From positions 32,001 to 96,000 of the IMG/VR virus record IMGVR_UViG_2885633469_000002: a stretch of DNA of 64,000 nt; one strand, given 5' to 3'. The notes below the pieces were generated by a model. It was not told the origin of the DNA, did not search any database, and was given only the letters and a program-made list of their open reading frames with translations. Positions 41,115 through 49,082 of this stretch are shown here, one piece after another (positions within the stretch are counted from its first letter, which is position 1; each line of letters starts with the position of its first letter). The position numbers and the translations under genes are program-made. The DNA is from a virus. Taxonomy: Duplodnaviria > Caudoviricetes.

Positions 41115-42332
41115 TTAATTTAAAATAATATCATATGTAATTCTTCTACCTCTACCTTCTTGAAAAATATCAAATATAATTCCTGCTTTTGAACCTGTTA
41201 ATAAATCATCACTATAATCATCACTTCCCATAATACTAGGAGTTATTATTATCTCACAATTATTGTTAATACCATTCATAACTGTTTTATTCATTTTGTG
41301 ATGTAAATGTCCTAAGTACAAATAATCTATAAAAGTCCTATATTGCATAGATAAGTTTTGTATTGCTTTTTCTATGTTTTTTATTTTATGTTTTCCAAAA
41401 ATTTTATATCCAAATATGTCTAATTTAATATTTCCATCCTCATACTCAGGAATTATTATCCTATTATTTTCAGATAACATGTCTTTTATGTACATAAACA
41501 CAACTCTTTCCATATTCTCTTTAGGAAACATATCTGCTTTAGTACCTAAAGGTCTTATTTGACTATGGTTTCCTGTATAAGAGTGATGATAAGTTATTTC
41601 AATATGCTTAGATAATTCATTTAAAAAATTAACCATATATCTTGCATACCTTATTACCATATCTGTCATCCCCATTTGCAAACTCATCAATTGAGATACT
41701 CTTAAACACATTCCTTCTATGTTATCTCCTAGATTCAAAATATGTATATGATTCAATTTTTGCTCATTGCAAACATTTAATATTTCTTCTGTAATTTGAT
41801 TCATCCTTTGATAAAATATATCCTCAGAATAATTATTATTTAAACTTGAAAATATTTTCCCGAAATGTTCATCGGCTAAAACAACTACTCCTTCTTTTGG
41901 TGAATTATTTTCTTTAATTATTGGTTTAAATTCTGGCACATTCACTCGTCCTATAGACTTTTGCAATTCTTCAAATAATAAATCATTTCTTGATTTTTCT
42001 CTGAGAATTTTATTATATTCTATAGATATAGTTTGTTTCTTTTTTCTCTCTTCTTCTAATTCAATCTTTTTCATTTCTATTTCATTTAAAATATCATCAT
42101 CTTTTATATTATTCTTCATTTTATTTTTAAAATATTTCATTACATTGTAAGAACTGAACTCTGTTGTATTACAGGCTTTTCTCAGAGAATCTCTATGTAT
42201 ATTTAGATTTAAATAATCAATAATGCTTTGCCAATCTAAATCTTGTGGGTTTTCTTCGCATTTGATTTCTATAAGTCTTAACCCGTATTCAAAATCCGTT
42301 TCATTTTCTTTTTTTAAATATCTATTCGACAT
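41115..42332 (-). CDS. Metallophosphoesterase-fold protein (YonJ-like)
   Basis: ADEHFG, LGDNIEG, GNH and GHLHH motifs. Confidence 0.75.
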   Translation of the reverse strand: MSNRYLKKENETDFEYGLRLIEIKCEENPQDLDWQSIIDYLNLNIHRDSLRKACNTTEFSSYNVMKYFKNKMKNNIKDDDILNEIEMKKIELEEERKKKQTISIEYNKILREKSRNDLLFEELQKSIGRVNVPEFKPIIKENNSPKEGVVVLADEHFGKIFSSLNNNYSEDIFYQRMNQITEEILNVCNEQKLNHIHILNLGDNIEGMCLRVSQLMSLQMGMTDMVIRYARYMVNFLNELSKHIEITYHHSYTGNHSQIRPLGTKADMFPKENMERVVFMYIKDMLSENNRIIIPEYEDGNIKLDIFGYKIFGKHKIKNIEKAIQNLSMQYRTFIDYLYLGHLHHKMNKTVMNGINNNCEIIITPSIMGSDDYSDDLLTGSKAGIIFDIFQEGRGRRITYDIILN

Positions 42333-42379
42333 TACCTCTCTCCTTTTAAAATACAATTATTGAATTATTTTATATTTAA

Positions 42380-42526
42380 TTAATCCAATAAGAACTCACA
42401 TCCATTTTCACAATAAACCACTACTGTATTAACTCCAATTGCTTCTGTACTAAATTCATCTAATATTATTTCTCTACCACATTCTTTACATCTGATTTTT
42501 TGTCCATATCTTTCTTTCATATTCAT
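42380..42526 (-). CDS. 48-aa zinc-ribbon-like protein (absent from ORF track)
   Basis: MNMKERYGQKIRCKECGREII...YCENGCEFLLD; AAGGAG RBS. Confidence 0.55.
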   Translation of the reverse strand: MNMKERYGQKIRCKECGREIILDEFSTEAIGVNTVVVYCENGCEFLLD

Positions 42527-42574
42527 CTTTTAAAAATTCTCCTTTTAAAATATGTATTATTTATATTTATTAAA

Positions 42575-43351
42575 TTATTTATCCATTCTTAAATCACTAT
42601 ATTGACTTTTACAAATATTTTCTATGATTTTAGACCTTTCTTCAAAGATTACTCCTGCTGTAACCAATCCGATTATCATATTCTGTAAAAAATCTATTGC
42701 TTTATTATGTTTTATTTGTAAATGCTCTCTTGTTTCTTTATCAACATAACCTAATTTACTTCTTACTTCATTTGCTTTAAATCCTAATAAATTTTGATTT
42801 ATCATATTACTTTCTCTAATCATTAAATAATTAATATCAAATTCAGTAACATTATTATGCTTACTAGAATAATCTTTTATAATTGCTTCTTTCATTAAAT
42901 TATAATTTTCTTTCTCTGGTTCTCTAACTTCATTATGTTGCTGAAGTCCTCGAATTGATTTTTCAATTAATATAAAATATTGTCTAAACCTATATGAGTT
43001 TTCTGTTCTTGCCATCATAGATAAATGTTTTGCCATTTCTATAGATATAGAAAAATCTTTAGCAAAATTTCCTTCAGACCTTGATTTGTCTCCATTCGTC
43101 TTAAAGAAGAGTGACTTCCAATCAATATTTTCTTTGAAAAATTCATTGTTTAATATGTTTTTCTTACTCCATCTTGACCAGTTTGTTTCTTTTAAACCTA
43201 ATTTAAGATATAGTTCTCTAGCACTGTCAATTTCTTTCGCCTCATTTATTAATAATTCTGGAAATTTTCTTTGACATTCCATTGTTAATTTAACTTCTTC
43301 TTCATTAAAACCTAAAACTTCTTTTAAAAATCTTTTACTAAATTTTTTCAT
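42575..43351 (-). CDS. AntA/AntB-type antirepressor
   Basis: ARELYLKLG..NWSRW, EFFKENIDW, SIEMAKHLSMM..RQYFI motifs. Confidence 0.8.
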   Translation of the reverse strand: MKKFSKRFLKEVLGFNEEEVKLTMECQRKFPELLINEAKEIDSARELYLKLGLKETNWSRWSKKNILNNEFFKENIDWKSLFFKTNGDKSRSEGNFAKDFSISIEMAKHLSMMARTENSYRFRQYFILIEKSIRGLQQHNEVREPEKENYNLMKEAIIKDYSSKHNNVTEFDINYLMIRESNMINQNLLGFKANEVRSKLGYVDKETREHLQIKHNKAIDFLQNMIIGLVTAGVIFEERSKIIENICKSQYSDLRMDK

Positions 43352-43388
43352 ACTTATGCCTCCTACAGCTTAAAAATTAGATAACTAA

Positions 43389-43497
43389 AAAGCTATCTTT
43401 GAAGAAGGAATTAAATCCGTTCTATCCCTTCTCCTTAGTATCTAAATCGCTGTAGGAGTGCGATAGAGTGTTTAATTCACTCTTCAAAAATAGCTTT
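43389..43497 (-). ncRNA. Structured c4-like leader/antisense RNA upstream of the antirepressor
   Basis: Long outer stem 43389-43415 with 43471-43497; inner hairpin 43449-43458 is complementary to the antirepressor RBS region 43360-43369. Confidence 0.6.
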
Positions 43498-43525
43498 GAA
43501 AATTCATTATTAAATTATGTAAATT

Positions 43526-43600
43526 TGGCATGGACTGAGGGATTCGAACCCTCACTAACAGTTTTGGAGACTGTCGTGCTACACATTACACTAAACCCAT
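43526..43600 (-). tRNA. trnW: tRNA-Trp (CCA)
   Basis: Cloverleaf: anticodon arm acagt-CTCCAAA-actgt, T-arm gaggg-TTCGAAT-ccctc, encoded CCA end; D-loop lacks the canonical GG. Confidence 0.9.
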
Positions 43601-43754
43601 ATACTTTTTCTATAAATACTAAAAATTCACCCATCATGTAAGATAAAAGATGAATTTTATGATATCTACAAATTATTTTAAATTTAATAAAGAGGCAGAT
43701 ATAACTATCTACCCCTAATTAGTTTAGTCTATGCTTGTACAAGTCATAGCTATA

Positions 43755-44048
43755 TTACATTTTTAACTTTTTAAAATATTCTTTTTCAATTTTATCTCTT
43801 TTTATCCATTGCTTAATGGAATCTCCATAATTAAACCATTCGTTTTTTACTCTTTCTAAACTAAAATAATTATGCAGACTGCATTCATAATCCATATTGC
43901 AATTATCTATTTTATGTATTAATTCCAAATTACAGTTAGATGTTTCTAGTTGTTTAATTCTTCTTTTTAAATTTCTAGTAAATCCAATTTTAACTAGATC
44001 AGCAGATGTATCTAATATAAAATAGACTGTACCATTTTTATTATTCAT
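43755..44048 (-). CDS. GIY-YIG/T5orf172-family small nuclease-like protein
   Basis: VYFI..VKIGFT..RIKQL..E..LH..EWF motif. Confidence 0.8.
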   Translation of the reverse strand: MNNKNGTVYFILDTSADLVKIGFTRNLKRRIKQLETSNCNLELIHKIDNCNMDYECSLHNYFSLERVKNEWFNYGDSIKQWIKRDKIEKEYFKKLKM

Positions 44049-44065
44049 ATAATTTCCCTTTTCTT

Positions 44066-44278
44066 TTATTCTTCTGGAATCTCTTCAACTTTATCAGTTA
44101 TTGATATTTTTACAAACTTACCATTAAATTTATTTATTAAGTATTTTAAATCTTTTTCCCCTTCGTCTTCTAATTCAGCCATCAACATTCCTTCTTGTAG
44201 ACTATCTACATTTAATGTACCTTCAATATCTAATTTATGAGTTGTTATTATTTTTTCATTTATTGACTGCTTCGCCAT
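44066..44278 (-). CDS. YonK-like small phage protein
   Basis: 70 aa; KFNGKFVKISI motif; SPbeta-like synteny. Confidence 0.55.
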   Translation of the reverse strand: MAKQSINEKIITTHKLDIEGTLNVDSLQEGMLMAELEDEGEKDLKYLINKFNGKFVKISITDKVEEIPEE

Positions 44279-44315
44279 TATAAAATCTCTCCCTTAAAAA
44301 TATTATTTTATACTA

Positions 44316-45539
44316 TTAAAAATCTGCAAATAACTTACTTGCACTAGATCTTACATCTTCATCAAGCACTACTATCCCTACTAATGGATTCCCTTTTGCA
44401 TATTTTATAAATTGAATCAATCCGTTATCATGCACATATTTTGCCTCAGCTTGTTTCCAATCTCCTACAAAAGCCACACATGAGTTACTTCCTATTCTTG
44501 AACCTATTAATTTAAATATTTTCTTATTTAAATCTTCACATTCATCAACTAAAACAAATGTATCTTTTAAACTCATACCCTTCATATAATATGGTATTTC
44601 CATTTCCAATTGTCCTTTTATTACCATATCATTTAATTGAAATTCTCCACCATCTAAATTTTGTTCTATTGGTTTGTAAAATTCTCTTATTTTATCTTCC
44701 TTTGTACCTTTTAGATAACCAATTTCCTCACCTGATCCTAAAGGATTTCTTACTAACATTATCTTAGAATAATTTCCTTTATCTAAAACATGATATACTG
44801 CTGATCTAATACTGAGAACAGTTTTCCCACTCCCAAAATTACCTGCTATTATTTTAATAGGAATATTCTTATCCATTAACAAATCTAAAGCACATCGTTG
44901 TTTACTATTCCATCCCTTGATAACTTTTGATGGAGGTAGTTTTATTAAATTCAGCTTCCCATTATTAAATCTATATTCATAAACTTTATCTAAGTCTGTA
45001 TTTTTCAAAATTAAATATTCATTTTCCAATAAATTCAATGAATTGTTTTTCTTTTCATATTGTAAAAATAATTTATTAACATCATCTGTATTTCCTATGA
45101 ATTCTTTAAAGCCTTTATATTCATCTTCTTGTTGAATTAGTCTCATTGAGTCTAAGTGAAACATTTCCTTGGCTATTTTATAAGCTAAAATATCATTACT
45201 TATAAACTTAACTTCATTTCTCTGACTTTCTTCATAAGCAGTTGCAATAATTAAATTATCATTACTCTGCTCTAAATGCTTTTCATCACAAATCTTTCTA
45301 TGTTTGTCTTCACATAATATTATTTTATACTTATCTTCGTTGTGAATTATATGTCTTAATGCGATTCTTCCTCTAAATTTAACTTCATTGTCTTTTCTGG
45401 AGTCTGTTTTTATTGATTCTAATTCTTCAATAACTATACTAGATAAATACAATTCACCATATTCCTCTAATAATATATCTAAGTTATTAGTATGTAATAA
45501 AATGTTTGTATCTATGAACACTTTGATATTTTTATCCAT
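44316..45539 (-). CDS. phoH: PhoH-like ATPase with N-terminal PIN domain
   Basis: FIDTNILL, NDNLII, FISND (PIN); GNFGSGKT, IGYLKG, VDECE (PhoH). Confidence 0.9.
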   Translation of the reverse strand: MDKNIKVFIDTNILLHTNNLDILLEEYGELYLSSIVIEELESIKTDSRKDNEVKFRGRIALRHIIHNEDKYKIILCEDKHRKICDEKHLEQSNDNLIIATAYEESQRNEVKFISNDILAYKIAKEMFHLDSMRLIQQEDEYKGFKEFIGNTDDVNKLFLQYEKKNNSLNLLENEYLILKNTDLDKVYEYRFNNGKLNLIKLPPSKVIKGWNSKQRCALDLLMDKNIPIKIIAGNFGSGKTVLSIRSAVYHVLDKGNYSKIMLVRNPLGSGEEIGYLKGTKEDKIREFYKPIEQNLDGGEFQLNDMVIKGQLEMEIPYYMKGMSLKDTFVLVDECEDLNKKIFKLIGSRIGSNSCVAFVGDWKQAEAKYVHDNGLIQFIKYAKGNPLVGIVVLDEDVRSSASKLFADF

Positions 45540-45563
45540 TATAATACTCCCTTTCTTACAGAG

Positions 45564-45587
45564 GTGAGAGAATCTGAGTTCTCTCAC
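45564..45587 (-). terminator. Hairpin downstream of HU gene
   Basis: gtgagagaa/ttctctcac 9-bp stem. Confidence 0.5.
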
Positions 45588-45643
45588 ATATAAGTTTATT
45601 TATGTATAATTATACATTTGTTAAAAATTATTTTATATTTATT

Positions 45644-45928
45644 TTATTTATGTGCTTCTTTTACTTTTTCTTTTAATTTTTTTCCTACTTTGAATGCAGG
45701 TACTACTGATGCAGGTATAGTTATTTCTTCTCCTGTAGACGGATTCCTGCCTTGTCTCTCAGCCCTCTGTCTAGTTTCAAAAGTACCAAATCCTATTAAC
45801 TGTACCTTTTCTCCGCATTCTAGTGCTTCCTCAACACTTTCTATAAATGCCTTTAAAGCTAACTCTGCATCCTTCTGTGTTAATCCTGATTTCTCACTCA
45901 TTTTTATTAATAAACCTTTTTTATTCAT
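45644..45928 (-). CDS. hup: HU histone-like DNA-binding protein
   Basis: VQLIGFGTFE..RQGRNPSTGE..VPAFKVGKKLK signature. Confidence 0.95.
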   Translation of the reverse strand: MNKKGLLIKMSEKSGLTQKDAELALKAFIESVEEALECGEKVQLIGFGTFETRQRAERQGRNPSTGEEITIPASVVPAFKVGKKLKEKVKEAHK

Positions 45929-46084
45929 AATTGTACTCTCCTTTTTATAATTATATTTTTTAAATTATTAAGTTATTTTACATAAAATAACGAATTTATT
46001 ACATTTATTTATTGTTAAAATATATTCCATTTTAATCCATCGCAACTTTATTTCCTTCTAATATTTTCCATTAGATATTACTTT

Positions 46085-46750
46085 TTAATTTTTAAATACA
46101 ATATTAAATTCAATATCCTTATTAAATCTAATAGGAATATATCTACCCTTACAAATTAAATTATAATGATAAAGCCCAATTAAATCTGTATCTTGTACAA
46201 AGTCAAGTTCTAATTTGTTTATATAATTTATAAAATTAATATTCTTATCTTTACAGGAATATATATTATCTTCTTTTTTATTGTATGAATCAATTATTTC
46301 TTTAAGTGTTTCGATGTCTTTTAATTCTATATGGTCTATTTTCTTTATTTCAGAATAAAATAATTTTTTAATCTTATCTATTTGAATATTTCTAATAGAT
46401 TCATACAAATCTTTGTACTCCCTTATAATATTCTCATAAGTATATATTAATTTTTTATAATTTTTTCTATTTCCATTAAACAAAGAGTTCATATTATTTT
46501 TCAAGTTATACTTAATTCTATATAATACATTTCTTCTTTTTATATAGAAATTTAAAGCATTTTCAATTGCACTATTATAATTATCTGTGTAAATACGCAT
46601 TAATCTTTGGTATATCTCATACAAGTGAATAAACTCTTCTGGATAATATGTTTCCATATCAAAGGTTAATAGTTCATATTCGACTTTTTTAATATGTCTC
46701 TTTATCAAATCTAAATCACTTTTGATTTCTCTTTCTAAAAAACAGTTCAT
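46085..46750 (-). CDS. Hypothetical protein
   Basis: 221 aa; AAGGAG RBS. Confidence 0.55.
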   Translation of the reverse strand: MNCFLEREIKSDLDLIKRHIKKVEYELLTFDMETYYPEEFIHLYEIYQRLMRIYTDNYNSAIENALNFYIKRRNVLYRIKYNLKNNMNSLFNGNRKNYKKLIYTYENIIREYKDLYESIRNIQIDKIKKLFYSEIKKIDHIELKDIETLKEIIDSYNKKEDNIYSCKDKNINFINYINKLELDFVQDTDLIGLYHYNLICKGRYIPIRFNKDIEFNIVFKN

Positions 46751-47082
46751 ATAAAATTCTCCTTTAGTGATTGGTCACTACCCTTTATTTTTATATAAAT
46801 CCTTGTAGATAACATACTTTATTTATTTTATTTTTAAGTCACTCATTAGTAAATAAGCCAACTTATTTAGTTTATTATTTGTTTGGAATTGAAATATTAA
46901 TTCTTTATTCTCTTTTTTTTAATTTCCTCTTAAAAATTCCTCACCTGATACAAGTTTCATTTTCAACACTCCTTTTTAATACCTTCCCTTTTAAAATAGG
47001 AGGGAGGGATTGGGTAAATACAAATCTACCCATATCAATGAAAAAAATTATCTATTTAATTAAGTTACTTCCTATTGTCAAA

Positions 47083-47739
47083 TTATTTTATATTATTTAA
47101 TTTATTTATATTTTTATTTATAACAACATCTTCACTATTACACAAAGCTACTTTAAATGGACTGGTAATTACATTGTAGTTCATAGGTAATTTCATTTCT
47201 ATTAATTCACATAATGAAATTGCATCATTTTGATTCATTAATAATTTACCATCTTTATTTCTTGGTATTTCAAATATAATAATCTTATCTTTCTTTACTT
47301 TTTCTTTTTCATGAAAAAATTTATTATATTTCTCATTAGATTCTTTTTCTTGTTGTTTTCTTTTTTCACATTCTTTTTTATATTCCTTTTCATTTTCTTC
47401 AAATTTTATATTCCATTCTTCTAATAACTCATTATATTTATTTTTTATATCTACATCGTAATCTTCTATTGTTTCTGCAACATATGTAATATTGTAAATT
47501 ATATTTCCATTAGTATCTCTTGTTTTCTTTTGAATTTTTGTATACTTTTCTAATTCTTCTAAATAAATTTCTTCATTTACTTCAAATTCAAAATCCATTT
47601 CTTTTTCTAAAACTTTAACTCTTTCTAATGTTTCAGTATTTTCCACTAAGCTTGGTTTACTGTATTCGGATTCATATAAGCTCCAATATTTTCTAACCTT
47701 TCTTCCTAAGAATACACTTTTTACATTTTTCTTTTCCAT
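47083..47739 (-). CDS. Hypothetical coiled-coil protein
   Basis: 218 aa ORF. Confidence 0.55.
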   Translation of the reverse strand: MEKKNVKSVFLGRKVRKYWSLYESEYSKPSLVENTETLERVKVLEKEMDFEFEVNEEIYLEELEKYTKIQKKTRDTNGNIIYNITYVAETIEDYDVDIKNKYNELLEEWNIKFEENEKEYKKECEKRKQQEKESNEKYNKFFHEKEKVKKDKIIIFEIPRNKDGKLLMNQNDAISLCELIEMKLPMNYNVITSPFKVALCNSEDVVINKNINKLNNIK

Positions 47740-47832
47740 AATTTAAACACTCTCTTTCTGGCTATGCCAATATATTTTTATTTTAAGAACTATGTTCTAT
47801 ATCAATATACCTATTGTTAAATTATTTTATAC

Positions 47833-47972
47833 TAGCATCAGACCGTATTCTCGGCTAGACCATGCTAATTGCGTTGACTTGTACTTCGTCCACTAATACT
47901 GCACTCGGTTCGCATTGTTAAGAGGCGTAGTGGGTCAATTTTTTAAGTCGTCTATTAACGCAAGACCTCTCG
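47833..47972. ncRNA. Candidate structured ncRNA of unassigned family, probably on the minus strand
   Basis: GC-richer intergenic island with several nested helices and a crossing pairing. Confidence 0.5.
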
Positions 47973-48239
47973 TATTTTATATTTTTAAAATTGTCTTGAT
48001 TAATTGGAGCTTTACTCCGTTGTTTATATTTTAGCACCAAGGGAGTCATTCATACTCCCTCATATTTGTCTTATATTACTATCTCAATCATCTGATTAAA
48101 ATTTATTTGTCAAATTGTTTTATTTATAAATTCTTGATTTTATTAAAATAGTATTATTTACTACTACATTATAACAAACTGCACATTTTATTTAAAATCA
48201 TGCTATAACCATTGATATAGCTATATTGTAACTATTTTT

Positions 48240-49082
48240 CTATTTTCTTAACACGCCATTTTTTCGTTCATTTCTTAGTCTTCTCATACTTTCTCTTGCT
48301 ACATTTTTTGTTTGTTCTTTTTTATTTTTTTTAGCACAACTTAAACAATACTTAGCTTTATTATTTTTTATCCTTATCCATTTTTCACAATTTTCACCTT
48401 CACATCTTTTCCACTTCTCTCCTTTATATATTAAGTATTGATATACCACTCCATCAAAATCAATAATTATTAAATCATCTTCCCTTTTAACACTTTCTTT
48501 GTCTCCAAAATTTAATTTAATATTTGTTTTAGTATTTATATTACTTGTTGTTATGTATTCTTTTTTATATAATTCATTCATTATTCTTTTTTGTTTATCA
48601 CCTCTTAATCCCACCTTAGCTTCTCTACAAATTACTGAACATGATTTATTAACCCAATAATCATTATTTTCTCGCTGCATTTGCATTTTTGAAATTTTAG
48701 CATAAACCAACATTATAAATGCTATTTTTTCTAATACTAAATTATCTAATTGCCTAATTGTTTGTAATTCATTTTGACTAATTCTTATTTCATTTATATC
48801 ATTCATTTTTACTTCAAATTTATAAATTGATTTATCTCTATAAAATCTATTAACTATGCCTTTAACTGTTTTATTCCATTTAGTATAAATAAATTTATTG
48901 CCTAATGTTTTCTTTAAGTCTTCCATAATAAGTTTGTAAACTTCTTTTCTTTCTTTGTTTTGTAAGCAATAATCTTTTGTTAATAAATATATAATATCAG
49001 TAATCTTAATTTTTTCAGGTATACGATGATTTTGTTTATATTCTTTTAATATTTCTGTTTCATTTAATATCTCATCTAGCAT
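48240..49082 (-). CDS. Phage protein with C-terminal Zn finger, coupled to the RNA polymerase gene
   Basis: 280 aa; CEGENC and CLSC motifs; abuts 49083. Confidence 0.6.
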   Translation of the reverse strand: MLDEILNETEILKEYKQNHRIPEKIKITDIIYLLTKDYCLQNKERKEVYKLIMEDLKKTLGNKFIYTKWNKTVKGIVNRFYRDKSIYKFEVKMNDINEIRISQNELQTIRQLDNLVLEKIAFIMLVYAKISKMQMQRENNDYWVNKSCSVICREAKVGLRGDKQKRIMNELYKKEYITTSNINTKTNIKLNFGDKESVKREDDLIIIDFDGVVYQYLIYKGEKWKRCEGENCEKWIRIKNNKAKYCLSCAKKNKKEQTKNVARESMRRLRNERKNGVLRK

